Positions 29,032 through 40,625 of a DNA stretch of 64,000 nt are shown in pieces. The translations under genes and the position numbers were made by a program. The DNA comes from an uncultured Planctomycetota bacterium (GTDB lineage: Bacteria > Planctomycetota > Planctomycetia > Isosphaerales > Isosphaeraceae). The stretch is from the NCBI GenBank assembly GCA_963823665.1, contig CAWGMQ010000010.1, positions 1,600,001 to 1,664,000 of the forward strand, given 5' to 3'. Below the pieces are notes generated by a model, which saw only the letters and a program-made list of their open reading frames with translations, did not search any database and was not told where the DNA came from. Every line of letters starts with the position of its first letter. The first letter of the stretch is position 1.

Positions 29032-32000
29032 CTAGCGACTGCCACCCGCAAACGGGTCGGCCGGAAAGGCGGCGTCCTCGAGCGGTCCTTCGATCTGCCC
29101 TCGAATGACCTGGAATTCGAGCCAGTCGATGATCACAACGTCGGACTGAATGTGCGCGGTCGGGGTGCGAGCGAAAACTGGACGGGCCGCCGCAAAAGCG
29201 GCCATGGCGTTTGAGCCGCGGCCGCGCCGTCGCTCGAGCATGGCGGCGACGACCTCGTTCAAAGCTCGTCCGCCGGCACTCCAGCCCAGTTTCTTGGCGC
29301 GTTCGAGGGCCTTTGCGGCGGCTTCAATCTCGCCGGCGCGGTAGAGAGCCAGTGTTTGCACGTGAGCGTACCAGGCGAAAGTCGGGTCCTTTTCGGCGGC
29401 GCGGTTGGCCCATAACACCAGGCGATCGGGAGCCACGGGCGGGTTTTCGGCGAGCAGCGCCATCCGCGCGAGCACAAAAAATGTTGCGGGCTCGCTGCTT
29501 TCGCCGTGAAGGTCGGCCTGGCGAATCACGTAGTCGCGGTAGGCCGACTCGTCACCTGAGAGCAGGAGGGTGGCGGCAAACGCAAAGGCAAATTCCGAGG
29601 TGGCCGGCGGCTCGCCACCGCGCGTGAAATCGGTGATCGCTCCCTGATATTCGCGCTTGAGCAAATGACGCTCAGCGCGGATGTACCAGAGCAGTGCATC
29701 GGTTGGCCGCAACTCGAGGAGCCGGTCGAACACGTCCGGATGCTCGCTTATTGTGATGCAAAGCTTCGCCCGTTCACCCCAGGTCGCGAAGTCTTGCGGT
29801 ATGCGCTCGAGCGCGCGAGCGAAGTCGGCGGCCGCGCGGTCCGGTTGCCCGGCGGTTGCGAAATACGTGCCTCGCGCGACCCAGCCCCGCGGATCATCAG
29901 GTTTGGCCGGGGTGGCGGCGAGGATCACGGGCTCGGCCGCGGCGCTTCGGCCGAGCTCGTTCAAGCGGTTGGCCAGGGCGATCAAGTGCGCGCTCTTCGT
30001 TGGGTCGAGCCACACGGCCGCATCAAAGGCCCACGTGGGGGACTCGCGGTCCGCGAGCAGGCCGGCCGTCGCGGATCGAATCCTGGCCAGTCGATCGGTA
30101 TCGTCCGTCGGTTTGCCTTCCAGGAGCGAGTGTGCCTCGCGGCGCAGGGTCACGTGCTCGGGGCCATCGATCGACCAGGTGGTCCAGGACGTTCCGTGGC
30201 CGCCCAAGCGCTCGCGGCACCAGCGGTCAAACACGCCATCAACCTGCTCGAGCGACTTCCGTGCTTCGTCTTTCTTACCGAGCTTCCAGAGCGCCATCGC
30301 GCGGATGGGAGCTTCGATATGGAGCGACCCGGAGGAACCCGGCGCGGCCGACGCGAGCTGATCAATCGCCTCGCGGTACTTTCCGGCGCGATAAAGGGCC
30401 AGGGCCAGCGGCGGCTTGCGCCAGGGTTCGTCGGGCTTCATCGCGATGCTTGCTCGCGCGATCTCGACGAGCCGCTCGGGACTTAGCAAGTCATTGGGCA
30501 GCAGTCCCAGCGGCAGATCGATGTCGTGAGGATCGCAGCGGAGTGGTCCGTCCCAGTCGGCGAGTCGTGCCGCGGCGCGGCGGTAGCGATCCTCCTCTCC
30601 GAGCGCCGCCAGGACGTCGAGCTGGCGTGCCTTGGTCCAGGCATCAAGGAACTGACCGCGCTTTTCGGCCAGGTCGAAGAAGTCGGCGGCTTCTTGCCAG
30701 CGGGCTGATTCAGCGAAAAGATGCGCGAACCAACTCGAAGTCATCGCTGCGGAACCGCAGCCAATGTTCGAGCGCGGTATTGCTCACACGAACCAGCAGC
30801 GTGTTGCGACCGGCACGCAGGGCTGCTGGGAAGATGTGATCGAGGCCCGGAACGTCAGTCGAAGGCCCGTCGGGGTCGAAGATCACGCGGCCGTTGAGCC
30901 AGACTCGCGCTGTTCCGGAAACGCTCAGGCTGAAGAGGGCCGTGCGGTCGGAAGCGGAGTAGAGATGGGCCAGAGCATAAACCGACGAATTGCCCTCACC
31001 GGCAAGACGCGCCAGACGGATGCCCCGGTCGGGCGTCACATTGGCCGGCTTCCAGCGCTCGGGCGCGCCCGATTCAGCCATCACCGAACGCGACGGGTCG
31101 TGGTCCTCCTCGGGGCGGCTTTGCCAGTTTATCTGACCCGGGTAGTGTGCGACGACCCACCAGGGTGCCTCCAGAAACGGATCGAGACGGCCCGGGGCGA
31201 TCGCGGCAGCGCGAGCATAAGCCTCGTCGGCCTCGGACTCGAGGCCGTGCGCGGCCAGCAGCCGGCCCTTGGCCACCCACGGGCGGGGATCATCCGTTCG
31301 GCGCCGCGCTGCAAGGGCGAGATCGGCCATGGATCGGTCACGCAGTCCGAGGCCTTCAAAGGTCCAGGCGCGGTCGATGAGCGCGCCAGCGTCGTCGGGA
31401 GCATCGGCGATCGCGGCGGCAAATTCGGTGTCGGCTTTTTGATGATCGCCCAGCCGCCAGAACGAGTCGCCGCGGAGGAGCCGCAAGGCCCGCAGCTCGG
31501 GAGCTTTTGTCCCCAGAATCGCATACGCTTCCCGGCGCAGCAGCTCGGCGCGGAGCACGTTGTGCGCCAGGTGCGGCGACTCTTTGAGCCCGCCCTTGGC
31601 CAGGTGCTCATCGCGAATGGTCTGCTCGAGGTTTTGCTCGAGCGCGGTCAGCCACCGGCGGGCTCTTTCAGCCTGACCGGCCCTGGCATGGATGAGCGCG
31701 ATGACCGGGGCGGCATTCGAGTCGTAGCCAAACTCCAAGAGCTCAGACAGGGCGGCCTGATCCTGGCCCGCGCGGAAGAGCGCGTGGCCAAGCTCGATGC
31801 GATGCCACGAGTACCAGCCATCGCCGCGGCCCTTGGCGACCAAGCGCCTGGCGATCTCGATCAGTTTTTCGGCGCCACCGGAGCGTTTGCACTCAAGTTT
31901 GCGGTTCGCAGGGCGTTAAGCGTCCAGAAATGGTCAGCTCCCCCGAAGTCTCTGAGGGCCTCCTCGGTGATCGTACGCCAAGACTGTTGATCGCCGCGCC

Positions 32001-35000
32001 GCAACGCGAGGAGGCCCGAGTCAAAAGAGCGAGACGATCGCCCAGGCGGCTCGCCGGCGCGGTAAAGCGCGTCGTACTGTTCGGCGAGCTCCCAGAGCCC
32101 GCGCGCGGCGACGAGGTCAATTATCCGCGCGAGGGCTGGTGCGAGACCCAAGAGGACGGCCTGACGCTTGGGCACGCTCTCAGGCAGCTTTTCTAGTGGG
32201 GCCAGTCCGAGATTCCAGCGCCCTTTGGCCGCGGCGAGATCGCCGGCTCTAAAGCACGCGTCGCCGATCCTCAATTGAATTGATCGCGCCGCCTGCGCCA
32301 GCATGGGCGAGTCGTTGCCCGCCTTTCGCCGGGCTTCGACCTGGACGAGCAAAGCTTCCAGGCGAGACTCGTCGGCAGCCGCTCCGCTCGCATCGATCAG
32401 GCCGATCGTCAGCTCTCCCAAAAACCGGTCGTCCTCGAGCCGGCCCGGGCTATGAAGCGGCGAGTCGCTGCGGGTGGCACCGACCTTGGCGGCCGGCGGC
32501 TCTTTGGCTGGCCGCCCCATCTCGGCCAAGAGGGACTTGACGTCCTCGCGTACCAGCAGCGGTCTCCAGCCTTGGTCGCTGCGAATCAAGTCAACGCGCT
32601 GAAAGCCTTTGGCGGCGGCTGCGCGCAGGTCGGCTACCGCCAGGTCGGCCTCGCGCCGGGCCTCCTCATTCCACGACTTGGTTTCCTTGATGGCGAAGCC
32701 GGGCTCGAGCAGGGCAACCAGCCTCACGCGCGAGAATGCCGCAGTGGCCATGGCCACGAGGTCGGCGGCTGGGCTGGTCTCGAGCGTCTCGGCCGCCTGC
32801 CGGCCGAACGAGACGGCTTCGGCGGTCCGACCAAGAGTCTGCAAAAACTGACCATTCATCCCGAGCATACTCGCCAGCAAGCCGCGATAAGAGGTGACGT
32901 CGGGATTCTCGGCAGATAGCTTGCGAAGGTAGGCGATTCCGTCGGCTGCGATCGACAGCGCTTGCTCGCGGCTACCGAGCTGCCAGGCTCCATTGGCGGC
33001 CTCGGTGTAGCTGCCGGCCAGGTCGGTCGCGAACTCACGATCGTGCGGACGCCGGGCCAGCCCGGCGCGGCCGTATTCGATCGAGCGCCTGCACAGCTCG
33101 AGCGACTCGGCTTGATGACCGCGCTGGCGCAGCACAATTCCGACATTGAGGAACGACTCGCTCAAGCCGTGAAGCAAGTCGGCGTCCTCGGGAATCTCGT
33201 CGGCGAGCTTGAGCCGCAGCTCGAGCGAGCGCCGATAGGCGTCGAGATTCCCTGGGCCCGCCGGGTCTGTAATCGCCAACCCATTGAACGATCGGGATAG
33301 CGCCATGCGAAACCGCGGTTCCGTGGGATGCTCGTCGGCCAGACGCTGGCGGATCACGATCGCTTGCCGGTAGGCCGCGTTCGCGGTGCGCTGGTCGGTC
33401 TGGTAGTCAAGATCGCCGAGGCGGTGCCAGACCTCCGATTTGTGCTCGAGCAGATTGACGTCGCCGTGCCGTGCCGACAAGGTCTTGTCGTAGAGCTCGA
33501 CGGCCCTCTTGAAGGCAGCGCGAGCCTTGTCGCTCTGGGCGAGATCGGCCAGGATTTGCCCAACCCGCGCCTGGGTTGCGGCCAGGTCGGCGACGACGCC
33601 CGGTTCTTCGCCGCCGCGCTGAATGAGTTCCTCGTAGAAGCTCAGTGCCGACTCAAGGAGAACGCGGCGCAAGGGCCGCAGGCCCGGCACGGAGAGAAGC
33701 GTGCTTTCGCTGACCTTGGTGAACGAGTCGTCGACGGCCTTGCGGGCCAGGCCGAGGTTGGCCTGGGCCTCGGCCAGGCTTCTCTGGGCGCGGCTGCGCT
33801 GTGCGTCGGCTTCGATGCGGCGGGCTTCCGCCTCCTTCCCGGCTCGCTCGGCCCGGCGCTGTGCCGCCTCGGCGAGGTTGCGCGAGACCTCGGCGTCTGC
33901 GGCCGCCGCTCGGGCAGCCGCGGCGGTGTTGCGAAACCAGGCGGCCGAGATGAGCGAAGCGACAGAAATTCCCACCAGGAGCAGCGCCGAGAGGAAGAGC
34001 GACGCCGCGAGCCCCTTGTTTCGGCGGGCCCACCGGTAGAGCCGCTCGGAAGCCGAAACGCGCCGGGCCAGGATCGGCCGCCCGTCCAGGAAGCGCAGCA
34101 AGTCGTCGGCCAGCGCCCGTGCGTTTTCGTAGCGCTGGCGTGGGTCGCGGGCGATCGACTTGTGGATGATCGTCTCGAAGTCGTGGGGTACGTGCCGGTT
34201 CAGCTTGCGCAGCCGGGGAGGATCTTCCTGGGTCACCTGGCGGATCAGGCTGGCGCGGTCTGATTCGTTGAACGCCGGCCGCAGCGCGAGCAGCTCATAG
34301 AGAGTGAGTCCCAGCGCATAGAGATCCGCCCTCAGGTCGCCCGAGCCCTGGAACCGTTCCGGTGCCATGTACCGCAACGTGCCGACGATGTCGCCGGTGT
34401 GCGTCAAGTCCTCGCCACCGACCGCCTTGGCCAGCCCGAAGTCGGTCACCCAGACGGTGCCTTCACGATCCAGTAGCAGGTTTGACGGCTTGATGTCGCG
34501 GTGGAGAATGCCTTGCGCATGCGCGTGGGCGAGCGCCTCGGCCACCTGGACCCCTATCCGCGCCACCCCCTGTGCGAATCGCCGGTCGGTCTCGGAGAGG
34601 GTCGATACCGCCGACGTGCTGCTGGCCGCGACAATGTTCCTGTCCGATTGGCTTGCCGAATCCGGCAGACGCGCTGTCGTCACAGTGCTCCATGCTTCCG
34701 TGGCGCTGCGCCTGGCGCCAGGCTCGGCGAGGCGCTGCCGAGCCCGAACCGGCCGGTGACGAGCGACTGGGCGATGTCGGCCGCCGCGGCACGCCCTTTC
34801 GCCGGGCGGTCGGGCAGTGACGGCTCGATCGACTTCGATTCGCGAGCATCGCGCAGCCTCTTCAGCTCGGAGAGTACCGCATCCAGGCCCTGTCCCTGGA
34901 TGAACTGCATGACATAAAAATGCGTGCCTTCGTGCTCGCCGACGCCGAATATCGGTACGATGTTCGTATGATGCAGCCGTGCAGCCGATCGTGCCTCGCG

Positions 35001-35396
35001 CTCGAAACGGCGGATTTGCTTGAGGTCCGTAAGCGCCCCGCTCGGCAGTACCTTGAGAGCCACGCGGCGGCCGAGCGACTCTTGCTCGGCCTCGTACACG
35101 ACCCCCATGCCGCCGCGCCCCACCTCGCGCAAGAGACGGAAGTCCCCGATCCGTCCGGCGGCCGCGCCGACGTTCGCTGCGGCTAAGGCGCCCTGCGACG
35201 ACGTGAGGTCTGAAATCTCGCCGCCGAGCTCCTCCATCATCAATAGCGCCGGGAACAGCGTGAGGATCTCGTCGGCCAGTTCGGGATGCTTGCGGGCATA
35301 TTCCTCAGGCGTCACCGCCTCGCCGCGGCGAATCCGCTCGAGGAACTCTTCAGACAGGACCTCCACCGGGCTCCGATCTGCTCCGCCTGCCGTCAT
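29032..35396 (-). CDS. Giant Ser/Thr protein kinase with TM, TPR repeats and an internal beta-sandwich domain (about 2100 aa; frameshifts near 34700, 31865, 30720)
   Basis: GRGGMGVVY and VALK in ORF 34680-35462; HRDIKPSN, DFG and YMAPE in ORF 31861-34683; TPR-like helices continue in ORFs 30710-31843 and 29032-30744. Joining the last two ORFs is inferred. Confidence 0.8.
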
Positions 35397-35458
35397 GGTC
35401 GACCCTTTCCGGTGTGCGAGTATGCTGGAATCCGCGCACGTTACAAGGGCGCTCGCGA

Positions 35459-36058
35459 TCAATTTGAGGCTCTGCGCTGGAAACGCGGTAGCGACGCCAT
35501 GATCACGCTGATCCGCTTCAAAGCGCGAACGTACGCCTCGCTGGCCTGCGCGCTCGAGATGGAGAGCACGGCGGCGACCTCATCGTTGGTAAGCTGTTCG
35601 CAATGCCGTAGCGTCAGCACTTCGCGGTCGATCGGGTCCATCGCATTGAGCGTTTCCTGGAGCATGATCCTCTGTTCGGCGCGGGCGGCGGCCTGGTCGT
35701 CCTCGCCGCCGCCTTTGCCCAGCAGGTGGGCGGCGAGAGAGACCGACGTCGCCTCCGGCAGCGCGCCTCGGTACAGCGAAATGTCGCCGCGCACGTCGGG
35801 CCCGAGCCGCTCCTGGTGAATGCGTAGCAAGACCCCACCGACGACCTGGCGAAACCAGAGGAAAGAACTGGCTGCCGCCCCGGCCGGCTCGTTGCCGCGG
35901 CGCTCGATCTCTTCGCGGGCCAATTGCAGCACGCCCGAAGAATCGACGATCCCCGTCAGCCGGCGGTCGAGTCGAAGCCGCACCGTGCGCCGCAGGCGAT
36001 CTTTGTAGCGGTCGAACAAGGCCGACACGTCGAACCGTTCGCCGGTGGTGTCGGACAT
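35459..36058 (-). CDS. ECF sigma factor, kinase-associated planctomycete type
   Basis: RLRRTVRLRLDRRL, LPEATSVSLAAHLLG, DREVLTLRH.EQLTNDEVA; directly upstream of the kinase gene. Confidence 0.88.
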   Translation of the reverse strand: MSDTTGERFDVSALFDRYKDRLRRTVRLRLDRRLTGIVDSSGVLQLAREEIERRGNEPAGAAASSFLWFRQVVGGVLLRIHQERLGPDVRGDISLYRGALPEATSVSLAAHLLGKGGGEDDQAAARAEQRIMLQETLNAMDPIDREVLTLRHCEQLTNDEVAAVLSISSAQASEAYVRALKRISVIMASLPRFQRRASN

Positions 36059-36395
36059 CGGAATACCCTGAATTGAACCCAGGAACGCGCGCCTGGATCA
36101 ATCGTACCGCCTTCGCCGCCTTGAGGAAAGCTATAGACAGTGCTCGCGGAGCAGGGGAGTGGGAAGAGCTCAAGCCGCATCAGCTCGAAGCCGCCGAATC
36201 CGTGATTGCCGCCGAGCAGTTTGCCAAGGTTGAGATCCCCAGCCTGGAGCCTCTGCGATGGAAAAGGTGTCAGCCACCTTTCCATGCGTCCAGCTCTCGT
36301 TCCGACGCCCGGCGTCGGAGGTCCGAAGTGACGCTCTGCGTCGACCGACAGAAAAGGTGTCAGCCGATTTTCTGGTTCTGTCCGCAGTCGGGAAG

Positions 36396-37838
36396 TTATT
36401 TCCGGCCCGTATCTTTGAGCTCTCGCTCCAGTTTCTTTTCTTTCGCCACTTCAAGCGACCAGTTCGCCTTCGCGGCTAGCTCCTCCGAGCCGGCCTTATC
36501 AATCTCGCTCTTGAGCTCCTTGATGGTCTTGTCCCGCGTATACTCGACCAGCACCTTCTTGACGGACTGGGCCTGTTCGAGAGAGAACTGGGCCTTCTTG
36601 AGGGCCAGCTCTGCTGAGATCTTCATCGCGGTTGCGCGACCCGATTTTTCCGGCGCCGGATCTGCCTTCTTGAAGGCACCGTCGCCACGGTCGACGTCCG
36701 CTTTGGCAATCTCGATCTGATGCTCGGCAGCAGCCAGCTCGCGCGGATAGATCACATCTTCATATTCCTCGACAGCGATCCCCGCGAGCTGGCGGTTCAG
36801 CGAGGCGATCTCGTACACGACTTTGGCTCGTCGCGTTCTCAGTTGCTGAGCACGCAGGTTTGTCGGGGTCGCGGTGGTTGGTGGTCCCTGCGCCGTCACG
36901 CGTGTCGGCTGCTTCGAGGCTGGCGCTACCTCCTTCGGCTTTGGTTCTTGAGAGCTGCGCAAATAGATCATTGCCCCGCCAGGCACAATTCCCACCGCAA
37001 GGGCACCGATCGCCAGAAACCGAAGTTGATTCCACAACATGCCTCGGACGGCTCCTTGAGTCAGCGAGAGAACCTTTTCCGAAGCGGCAATCGCAGGCAA
37101 CAGCCGGTTTGTCAGCCGCATCGCGGCGCCGACGGTCTTCTGCGACAGCTCCTGGAGCGTCCCCCCTACGGCCGCTTGCCTCATGGACTCGACGGCCGCG
37201 CCGGCAACCGCGAGCCCCACGCCTCGACGCGCCAGTCGATCTCGCACGAGCCCGCGGGCCTGCGATTGGCGGCTTTTGACAGTGCCGATCGGCCAGCCCA
37301 GAAATCGCGCTGCCTCCTGGTGCGTGCGGCCTTCCAAGTCGCAGAGCACCAGCGGCGCGCGATATTTCTCCGGCAAGCGGTTCACTTCCTCGTGAACGGC
37401 GGCATCACGATCGGGGTCGTTCTCTGGTCCGAGTCCCACGACGCGACTCGTGTTCCTCTCGGCTGAGCGCTGCTCGTGTTTGCGCCGCCGGATGATCGTT
37501 GCGCGCAGACAAGCCGCCGTGCGGCAGGCCACTTGATGCAGCCACGGCCCCAGCGAGTCGCGCACCCAGAGCGAGCGCGCCTTGCGCACCAGCACCAGAA
37601 ACGTGGCCTGGAACGCATCCTCGGCCTCATGCTCCTCGCGCAGGACGGCCAGGCAGACGCGCCACACCATCGCCTCGTGCCGCTCGACGAGAGCCGCGAA
37701 AGCCAGCTCGGCCACCTCGTCGCCGTCGGTTGCAAATCGTTCCAAGAGCTGGCCGTCGGTCAGCGTTCCCATAGTCCCTACGTCGTAGAGACCCTGGAGC
37801 TGACGAAGGATGCCGCGCTCCCGGCGTCTGACTCTCAC
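36396..37838 (-). CDS. ECF sigma factor with TM helix and coiled-coil C-terminal extension
   Basis: LTDGQLLERF, EAEDAFQATFLVL, LPEKYRAPLVLCDLEG, GWPIGTVKSR; TM near residue 280; heptad-rich tail. Confidence 0.93.
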   Translation of the reverse strand: MRVRRRERGILRQLQGLYDVGTMGTLTDGQLLERFATDGDEVAELAFAALVERHEAMVWRVCLAVLREEHEAEDAFQATFLVLVRKARSLWVRDSLGPWLHQVACRTAACLRATIIRRRKHEQRSAERNTSRVVGLGPENDPDRDAAVHEEVNRLPEKYRAPLVLCDLEGRTHQEAARFLGWPIGTVKSRQSQARGLVRDRLARRGVGLAVAGAAVESMRQAAVGGTLQELSQKTVGAAMRLTNRLLPAIAASEKVLSLTQGAVRGMLWNQLRFLAIGALAVGIVPGGAMIYLRSSQEPKPKEVAPASKQPTRVTAQGPPTTATPTNLRAQQLRTRRAKVVYEIASLNRQLAGIAVEEYEDVIYPRELAAAEHQIEIAKADVDRGDGAFKKADPAPEKSGRATAMKISAELALKKAQFSLEQAQSVKKVLVEYTRDKTIKELKSEIDKAGSEELAAKANWSLEVAKEKKLERELKDTGRK

Positions 37839-37996
37839 CGTGTGTTCTCCGCAGCCAGCAACCCCGTCTTCCTCGCGGGATCGCGCTTGACCATTTCATC
37901 ATAATGTGACGAGCGACCCGATTGGTTCTAGATTTTCGCCGCGCCGCTCGAGGAACAGGCCGGAACTCACTTCCCGGCTCGCCGCATTTCCAAAGT

Positions 37997-38051
37997 AGTA
38001 GGCACACTCCGTGTGCCGTTCACCAGTTACGGCACACGGAGTTTGCCTACT
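37997..38051. repeat. GTAG-tagged REP doublet (REPIN-like inverted pair)
   Basis: GTAGGCACACTCCGTGTGCCGT ... ACGGCACACGGAGTTTGCCTAC, one mismatch. Confidence 0.85.
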
Positions 38052-38173
38052 TCGAAGAGTCGCCCCCGACGTCAACCGGGGAATTTATTTCCGGCCTGTT
38101 CCTGAGCACCCGCGCGCTGGATGTCAGTCCCTCGCCCTGACATCTCCCAGAACGACCACTCTCCAGCGCAAGG

Positions 38174-40216
38174 TCAGTGTTTTCCGCCCAGATCCCAGAT
38201 CAAAATCGACGTATCCAGCAATCCCGCGGCAATTCGCTTGCCGTCCGGCGTGAACGCCACCGACTCGATCCAGGGACAGGGGGAGTCGAATGTCTCCAGC
38301 TCTGCCTTGTCTCGCAGCCGGAAGACGCGCATCATCCCCCGCTCGGGGTGAAACATCAGGATGCCGGCGGCGACGGCTGTTCCGTCCGGAGAAAACGCCA
38401 GGCATTTGACTGTGGACTCAGGCACGTCAAGCTCGCGGCGCACTCGCCCCGTCTGGCTGTCAAGCCAGAGAATCGTGCTGGTCGCGGTCGTGTTGTCAAC
38501 GCTGATCTCCCGGTTGGCGAGCTCAAACCGCCTGCCGACTCCGCGCCTGGCGATCGCCAGGCTCCGGCCATCGGGCGCGAACGCGCACGCACTGTAGCGC
38601 AACGAAGACGAAGTTGTGAATCGCGGTTTGCCGCTGCCGATGTCCACCACCTGCACGTCGCCTTCGGCGCGCAATGCAACCGATTGGCCGTCACCGGAGA
38701 AGACGACGTCGTTTACCTCGCTTAACCGTTTTCCCCCGTTGGGCACGGGTTGATTTCCTCCGGTTCGATTGTCCCACAGTCGAACCGAGCCATCGCTGAG
38801 CGCCGCGATGACGGATTTGTCGTTCCTGGAAAGCCTCACTCCGCGCAGGATTGCACGGTCCGCAAACCAGGCTCGAATGAGTTCACCGCTCTTCAGATTC
38901 CACAGCCGGACGGAACCCCATCCCGGATACGACTCGCCCGCCGCGACGAGCAAGCCATCCGTGGATAAACAGAGCGATCGTATCCAGCCGGTGTGCGGTA
39001 GGACTCTTGTCTGCCGCCCTGTCGCCAGATCCCAGACCCGCACAGTCCGGTCGTCGCTTCCCGAGATGAGCGTCTTGCCGTCGGGGCGGAATGCCAGGGC
39101 TCCCACGCCGCCTGAGTGCGCATCGGGAGTCGCCAGGCGGTCGGTGGCTGTCGCCAGATCCCAGAAATGAAGGGACTGTCGCTCACTCGTGGTCGCGAAC
39201 GTTTTTCCGTCCGGTGAAAACGACATCGGCCCGTCCACGCGAACAGTCATGAACCGATCCAGCAAGTTTTCCGTCGCGACGTCGAAGACCACCGGCGGGC
39301 TTCCATTGCCGGTTGCAGCCATCGTGCTCCCATCCGGTGTGAAAGCAAGATACTGTGCGATTGTCGTCTCCGGCCTGCTCAATTTCCGGACGAGCTTGCC
39401 GTCGCTGAGGCGCCAGAAGCGAATGTCCGTTCCGCCCCCCGAGATGCCCGCCGCAAGCGTTTCTCCGTCCGGCGAGAACTTAACAGAGATTGCGCGTCCC
39501 TCGCCTTCGATCGTGATGACGCGGGCGTCCCGCCGGCGCCCGATATCCCAGATGCGAACCGTGTGGTCACTCGTGATTGCGATCAGGTTGCTCACGGCGC
39601 CGGGAGAGAACGCGATTGTGAGGCGAGTCTGTTCCGCCATGCGCTCCTCGTGCAAGATTTGAGCAGTGGCGGCATCGCGAACACGGAGAATCCCCTCGTA
39701 ACTTGTCGTCACCACAAAGCGTCCGTCCGGAGAGAACAGCACGTTCTCGTCTTCGGACCTCCCGCCGATCTCGACTTCACGAATCGGCCGCCCCGACTGT
39801 CGATCCGTGAAGGTAAGCAGACTCGCGACCGTGTTCCGCTTCGCGTCGTACTGAAAACCCACCGCCGCAATCGTTTTCCCATCCGGCGAGCAAGCGAAAT
39901 CACGCAAAGTTTCGACCCGGACGTCGAGCGAGCGCAAGTTCTTTCCATCGCGAGCGTCCCATATCTGAAGATGACGGCTCTCGTTGTCGGTCATCACCAA
40001 CTGACCGTCCGGCGAATAAACAACGTGCTTGATGAAGGGGGCGTGGCGGAAGCGAACGGTTCCCAAACGCATCGTCGCCCCACGCGGCATTGGGTCGCCG
40101 TAGCGGTCGTTCAGCGTGTGCCTCACACCATTGATTGGAGAATCATCCGCCCACGCGAGCGCTCCATGCACCACCAAAAGCACGGTTGCGAATTGAGCAC
40201 GAAGTCGGAGCATCAT
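38174..40216 (-). CDS. Secreted WD40-repeat protein
   Basis: Signal peptide; DRYGDPMPRGATMRLGTVRFRH; many FSPDG / RVWD repeats. Confidence 0.93.
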   Translation of the reverse strand: MMLRLRAQFATVLLVVHGALAWADDSPINGVRHTLNDRYGDPMPRGATMRLGTVRFRHAPFIKHVVYSPDGQLVMTDNESRHLQIWDARDGKNLRSLDVRVETLRDFACSPDGKTIAAVGFQYDAKRNTVASLLTFTDRQSGRPIREVEIGGRSEDENVLFSPDGRFVVTTSYEGILRVRDAATAQILHEERMAEQTRLTIAFSPGAVSNLIAITSDHTVRIWDIGRRRDARVITIEGEGRAISVKFSPDGETLAAGISGGGTDIRFWRLSDGKLVRKLSRPETTIAQYLAFTPDGSTMAATGNGSPPVVFDVATENLLDRFMTVRVDGPMSFSPDGKTFATTSERQSLHFWDLATATDRLATPDAHSGGVGALAFRPDGKTLISGSDDRTVRVWDLATGRQTRVLPHTGWIRSLCLSTDGLLVAAGESYPGWGSVRLWNLKSGELIRAWFADRAILRGVRLSRNDKSVIAALSDGSVRLWDNRTGGNQPVPNGGKRLSEVNDVVFSGDGQSVALRAEGDVQVVDIGSGKPRFTTSSSLRYSACAFAPDGRSLAIARRGVGRRFELANREISVDNTTATSTILWLDSQTGRVRRELDVPESTVKCLAFSPDGTAVAAGILMFHPERGMMRVFRLRDKAELETFDSPCPWIESVAFTPDGKRIAAGLLDTSILIWDLGGKH

Positions 40217-40625
40217 TCGATTCCCTCCGCCTTGTTGGTAACGCGCCTCCGACGCAGAGAGCCAGCGAGTCGTGTCACAATTCTTCCGTGCGATTTCATT
40301 TTTGTTGGATGCAGCGTATCATTAATGGATGCAGTCGTTTCTCGTCGCCGGCGGTCTGAGAGTGTCATCTTGGCGTTCCGGCGCGGTCAAACGCGGGTTT
40401 CTGGCGGTCGAATTCCCGAAACGGGGCCTGCGCCTCGAATTCTTATGATAAACTTTCGGATGGTCCGTTCGAGGTCGAGAATCCGTATCCGCCGTTCAGG
40501 AAGAGCTTTTCGTCATGGGCAGACCGTCCTGGCCAGGCACGCGCACCATCCCCTCGTAGTGACGGGCGAGGAAATTGCATGCAACGACGTATACAGCCTT
40601 ACATTTGACAGCCTGGGAGGTTCGG

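Noticed and set aside
36258..36380. GGTGTCAG-containing hairpins as ends of an intact mobile element (also 38120-38145)
   Set aside because: Short motifs only, with no transposase or target duplication; treated as dispersed repeat relics.
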